1,255 nucleotides of DNA, taken from Naegleria gruberi. Taxonomy: Eukaryota. The stretch lies in the NCBI GenBank assembly GCA_000004985.1, contig GG739471.1; one strand, written 5' to 3'. Below are positions 1 through 1,255 of this stretch, in pieces; the first letter of the stretch is position 1; every line of letters starts with the position of its first letter. Made by a program: the position numbers and the translations under genes. Below the pieces are notes generated by a model. The model worked only from the letters and a program-made list of their open reading frames with translations, made no database searches and had not been told where the DNA came from.

Positions 1-11
1 GTAGAAGATGA

Positions 12-155
12 TTAAATATTAAAAGCTAAATATGATAATAAACTAGTAGAAGCAGTAATACCTAATGCAAGTAAACCTTTTTTAATCAGTGATGCACCAT
101 CTGATGATGATGAAGTAGATGAAGATGTTATATCATTATGATGATGTTGACTCAT
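12..155 (-). CDS. Small hypothetical protein, 47 aa (MSQHHHNDITSSSTSSSSDGASLIKKGLLALGITASTSLLSYLAFNI*). The N-terminus is His/Ser-rich and the C-terminus is a ~21-residue hydrophobic segment, so it may be a tail-anchored membrane micro-protein.
   Basis: Complete ORF on the minus strand. ATG is the reverse complement of 153-155, and a TAA stop is the reverse complement of 12-14. A run of 7 A immediately 5' of the ATG (plus-strand TTTTTTT at 156-162) matches the A-rich start context typical of dictyostelid genes. GC is ~28% over the ORF against ~9% just upstream. Codons end mostly in T/A. Translated by hand. No homology search was possible. Confidence 0.45.
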   Translation of the reverse strand: MSQHHHNDITSSSTSSSSDGASLIKKGLLALGITASTSLLSYLAFNI

Positions 156-162
156 TTTTTTA

Positions 163-199
163 AATCAATCAATATTAATATTAATAATATTATTTAATT
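163..199. repeat. AT-only low-complexity tract (AATC AATC AATATTAATATTAATAATATTA...) upstream of the minus gene.
   Basis: Simple-sequence repeats of AATC and ATTAAT units, typical of dictyostelid intergenic DNA. Confidence 0.6.
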
Positions 200-209
200 A
201 TAACACAAT

Positions 210-231
210 TAATAATATTACTGTGATGAAA
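210..231 (+). repeat. Left copy of an imperfect direct repeat: TAATAATATTACTGTGAT-GAAA.
   Basis: It matches 495-517 (TAATAATATTACTATGATTGAAA) with one substitution (G/A) and one 1-nt indel. The first 13 nt, TAATAATATTACT, are identical (210-222 = 495-507). Confidence 0.8.
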
Positions 232-354
232 CTGCAAACATCGGAATGAAAAGAACTTGAAGTGTTTGTTGAATAATATAAATACATTGAAGAATTTTGT
301 ACAAAAATGGTGAGTTTTATATTTGGACAAATTTCAACCTGAACCCAATCTCTT

Positions 355-373
355 TCTTGGTTGGTGGTTGTGT
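355..373. promoter_or_regulatory. GT-rich / CA-rich tract (plus: CTTGGTTGGTGGTTGTGTA; minus: ACACAACCACCAACCAAG). Candidate G-box / CA-rich-element type site.
   Basis: It is the densest G/C patch in the intergenic region. Dictyostelium G-box-binding factor (GBF) is known to recognise G-rich/CA-rich promoter elements. There is no exact consensus match here (no GGG run), so this call rests on composition only. Confidence 0.2.
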
Positions 374-377
374 ACAA

Positions 378-416
378 TCATTTCAACCATTTCAAAATCA
401 TTTCCAATTCATTCAA
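378..416 (+). repeat. Periodic short-motif array. CATTTCAA-like units (TCATTTCAA, CCATTTCAA, TCATTTCCAA, TTCATTCAA) recur about every 9-11 bp. On the opposite strand this reads TTGAAATGR x4.
   Basis: Read directly from atcatttcaaccatttcaaaatcatttccaattcattcaatttg. On the minus strand, TTGA/TTGG cores recur with spacings of 9, 9, 12 and 9 nt, which is close to one helical turn. Confidence 0.6.
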
Positions 417-442
417 TTTGATCAATGTTCCATATCTGATAG

Positions 443-454
443 TCATTTAAATGA
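443..454. repeat. Perfect 12-bp palindrome TCATTTAAATGA. It is an inverted dimer of the TCATTT half-site that recurs in the adjacent motif array.
   Basis: The reverse complement of TCATTTAAATGA is identical to it. TCATTT also occurs at 378-383 and 397-402. Confidence 0.85.
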
Positions 455-494
455 ATTAATAATAAGAATAACATAATTAATAATAGAATTTGTC

Positions 495-517
495 TAATAA
501 TATTACTATGATTGAAA
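495..517 (+). repeat. Right copy of the imperfect direct repeat: TAATAATATTACTATGATTGAAA.
   Basis: See the left copy. The two copies are ~285 bp apart and bracket the GC-richer island. Confidence 0.8.
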
Positions 518-546
518 TAAACAATCAATAAAAAAACGTTACACAT

Positions 547-570
547 TACTACTAATACTACTACTAATAC
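547..570 (+). repeat. Perfect tandem duplication of the 12-mer TACTACTAATAC (x2).
   Basis: 547-558 equals 559-570 exactly. Confidence 0.9.
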
Positions 571-640
571 TTGTAAAGATAATAATACACAAACTACTAT
601 ACATTATCATCACAATCATAATATATCATTCCGATATAAT

Positions 641-654
641 ACTACTACTACTAC
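641..654 (+). repeat. (ACT)4 trinucleotide microsatellite followed by AC, i.e. (ACT)4.7.
   Basis: actactactactac read directly. It lies in a G-depleted tract upstream of the plus gene. Confidence 0.85.
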
Positions 655-656
655 AT

Positions 657-683
657 TATAATATTAAAATTGCACTTTTCATC
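657..683 (+). promoter_or_regulatory. Candidate core promoter for the plus gene: a TATA-like element TATAATATTAAAA followed by the T-run TTTT at 676-679, roughly 45-70 bp upstream of the ATG.
   Basis: Dictyostelid core promoters typically have a TATA box followed by an oligo(dT) stretch just upstream of the transcription start. The pattern here is consistent with that, but unverified. In ~90% AT DNA a TATA-like string is not specific. Confidence 0.3.
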
Positions 684-695
684 ACTATCATCATC

Positions 696-726
696 ATAAA
701 TAAATAATAATAAATAATAAATAATA
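696..726 (+). repeat. (AAATAAT)n-like A-rich leader immediately 5' of the plus-gene ATG.
   Basis: ataaataaataataataaataataaataataat followed by ATG. This is the A-rich start context typical of dictyostelid mRNAs. Confidence 0.7.
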
Positions 727-1255
727 ATGGGAAATGAACAAAGTAATGAACAATTTAAACAAAAATTACAAAATATAAATACAACATTAGAAAATAAAAT
801 TAATTCATTTTCATTTAGAAATAATGTTGATGATCATGAATTAAATCAACAACAAGTTGATGATGATTTTATTTTAATTGATAATAATATTAATATTAAT
901 AATAATAATAATACTAAATTATCTTGTGATGATAATAATTCATCATTAGATTTAAATATAAAAATAAATAAAAATATTAAAAAAAATAATTCATTTAAAA
1001 TTAGTGATGAAATTATTAATAATAAAAAAAGTAAAGATTATTATGATCATTTATTTAGTGAAAATAGACATTCTAACTTTTGTCAATTAGATTCTGATAT
1101 TATTTTTAAAATATTTACTTTTATAATATTTCCAATTAAGGAATTTAATGAATTATATTTATTTGAAGAAGAAGAAGAAGAATTAGAAACTGAAGAAATT
1201 TTAACAGATGATGAAGATAATGATCAATCTAATAATAATTTAAATAATTCAAATT
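727..1255 (+). CDS. Hypothetical low-complexity protein, 3' end truncated by the window, at least 176 aa. It is N/Q/D/E-rich with an N-terminal MGNEQS (N-myristoylation-type motif), an F-box-like helix LDSDIIFKIFTFI (aa ~121-133) and an acidic tract EEEEEELETEEILTDDEDNDQ.
   Basis: ATG at 727-729 is the first ATG in this frame; an in-frame TAA lies at 718-720. An A/T-rich (AAATAAT)n leader sits immediately upstream. The frame is open through 1254 with no stop. Composition shifts from ~10% GC upstream to coding-like. Codon usage is typical of dictyostelids (AAT, CAA, GAT, GAA, TTA, GGT, CCA). No GTAAGT-type intron donor is seen inside. Hand translation: MGNEQSNEQFKQKLQNINTTLENKINSFSFRNNVDDHELNQQQVDDDFILIDNNININNNNNTKLSCDDNNSSLDLNIKINKNIKKNNSFKISDEIINNKKSKDYYDHLFSENRHSNFCQLDSDIIFKIFTFIIFPIKEFNELYLFEEEEEELETEEILTDDEDNDQSNNNLNNSN... 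Confidence 0.65.
   Translation, partial: MGNEQSNEQFKQKLQNINTTLENKINSFSFRNNVDDHELNQQQVDDDFILIDNNININNNNNTKLSCDDNNSSLDLNIKINKNIKKNNSFKISDEIINNKKSKDYYDHLFSENRHSNFCQLDSDIIFKIFTFIIFPIKEFNELYLFEEEEEELETEEILTDDEDNDQSNNNLNNSN
898..912 (+). repeat. (AAT)5 coding microsatellite giving a poly-Asn run.
   Basis: aat x5 in frame within the plus CDS. Confidence 0.9.
1165..1182 (+). repeat. (GAA)6 coding microsatellite giving hexa-Glu.
   Basis: gaagaagaagaagaagaa in frame. It continues into a broader acidic tract that runs to ~1227. Confidence 0.9.

Larger units (their letters stand above)
223..445. other. GC-richer island (~30% GC) inside the AT-rich intergenic region. It is open with no stop codons in one plus frame (291-476, 62 codons, no in-frame ATG) and in the register-matched minus frame (201-377). 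Nature unresolved: unannotated exon or small gene, ncRNA, remnant of an insertion, or a cis-regulatory module.
   Basis: I counted G+C per 10-nt block: 69/230 over 221-450, against 6/70 over 151-220 and 13/90 over 451-540. In-frame codons are dictyostelid-like (ggt, cca, tgt, caa, ttc, aac). There is no canonical start, and no donor/acceptor pair that gives a consistent frame. Confidence 0.4.
156..726. promoter_or_regulatory. Divergent (bidirectional) intergenic/promoter region shared by the minus-strand gene ending at 155 and the plus-strand gene starting at 727.
   Basis: It lies between two start codons that point away from each other. The flanks are extremely AT-rich (156-220 ~9% GC, 451-540 ~14% GC), as expected for dictyostelid promoters. 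It contains an internal GC-richer island. Confidence 0.5.

Noticed and set aside
98-150. (GAT/ATC)n and ATGATG runs on the plus strand, which could be read as a plus-strand acidic ORF or a microsatellite of independent interest.
   Set aside because: The plus-strand frames here hit stops quickly (for example TGA at 139-141, the reverse complement of which is the minus gene's H6 codon). The repeats are simply the antisense of the minus-strand Ser/His codons (TCA TCA TCA, CAT CAT CAT).
198-287. Minus-strand 29-aa ORF (MYLYYSTNTSSSFHSDVCSFITVILLIVL*) inside the GC island.
   Set aside because: It is very short and has no A-rich start context. It would sit inside the presumed promoter of the 12-155 gene. 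It is probably just the open antisense register of a codon-like island. It is mentioned under the island finding and not called as a gene.
307-315. ATG immediately followed by GTGAGT. This looks like the dictyostelid habit of placing an intron directly after the start codon.
   Set aside because: Read through, the ATG frame hits TGA after 11 codons (340-342). I tested candidate acceptors (ATAG at 439-442, AAG at 464-466, TAG at 484-486) and each runs into a stop within a few codons. None links to the downstream open frame. The intervening sequence is also too GC-rich for a typical dictyostelid intron, which is ~90% AT.
223-342. Box C-like GTGATGA (223-229) with downstream CTGA (339-342, also 436-439), as a possible C/D snoRNA.
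   Set aside because: There is no terminal stem pairing the 5' and 3' flanks, and no convincing C'/D' boxes or guide-like region. The spacing (~115 or ~210 nt) is marginal. The GTGATGA is itself part of the direct-repeat copy (the right-hand copy reads ATGATTGA). It is compatible with chance.
336-349. AACCCAATC resembling the Dictyostelium upstream sequence element (DUSE, [AT]CCCA[CT]AA) found ~60 bp upstream of ncRNA genes.
   Set aside because: It mismatches the consensus at the position after CCCA and at the 3' AA. No recognisable snRNA or Class I RNA lies at the expected distance downstream.
355-395. Possible tRNA gene in the GC island (minus-strand GGTTCAGGTTG looks vaguely like a B box).
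   Set aside because: It matches only 6 of 11 positions of GGTTCGANTCC. There is no A box, and no cloverleaf can be drawn.
1-1255. Prokaryotic-style systems (defence islands, CRISPR, toxin-antitoxin, operons) suggested by the prompt.
   Set aside because: Composition, start-codon context, in-frame trinucleotide microsatellites and the low-complexity N/Q/E-rich protein are all eukaryotic and dictyostelid-like. There are no Shine-Dalgarno-type sites, no CRISPR-like spaced repeats, and no compact co-directional gene cluster.

Overview
The window is very AT-rich eukaryotic DNA. Its composition and codon habits (AAT/CAA/GAA runs, Asn/Gln/Glu-rich low-complexity protein, an A-run immediately 5' of start codons, GGT/CCA/TGT/CAA codon preference) look like a dictyostelid social amoeba such as Dictyostelium, not a prokaryote. 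I see no bacterial-type operon, CRISPR array, tRNA or rRNA. The layout is two divergently transcribed genes sharing an intergenic region of about 570 bp.

- **Minus-strand gene (12-155):** a complete 47-codon ORF encoding a His/Ser-rich micro-protein with a hydrophobic C-terminal tail.
- **Plus-strand gene (727 to past 1255):** at least 176 codons, truncated by the window. It encodes an N/Q-rich, acidic low-complexity protein with an N-terminal MGNEQS myristoylation-type motif and a possible F-box-like helix.
- **Intergenic region (156-726):** this is where the unexplained structure sits.
  - A ~225-bp island of coding-like GC content (~30% against ~9-14% in the flanks) at about 223-445. It is open in one frame on each strand but has no usable start or splice signals.
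  - A ~22-bp imperfect direct repeat that brackets the island.
  - A ~10-bp-periodic array of CATTTCAA/TTGAAATG motifs, ending in a perfect 12-bp palindrome.
  - A GT/CA-rich tract.
  - A G-depleted, ACT/TAC-repeat tract upstream of the plus gene, including a perfect 12-bp tandem duplication.

Nothing here supports a novel defence system or similar. The worthwhile leads are the GC island and its flanking repeat, and the two uncharacterised proteins.
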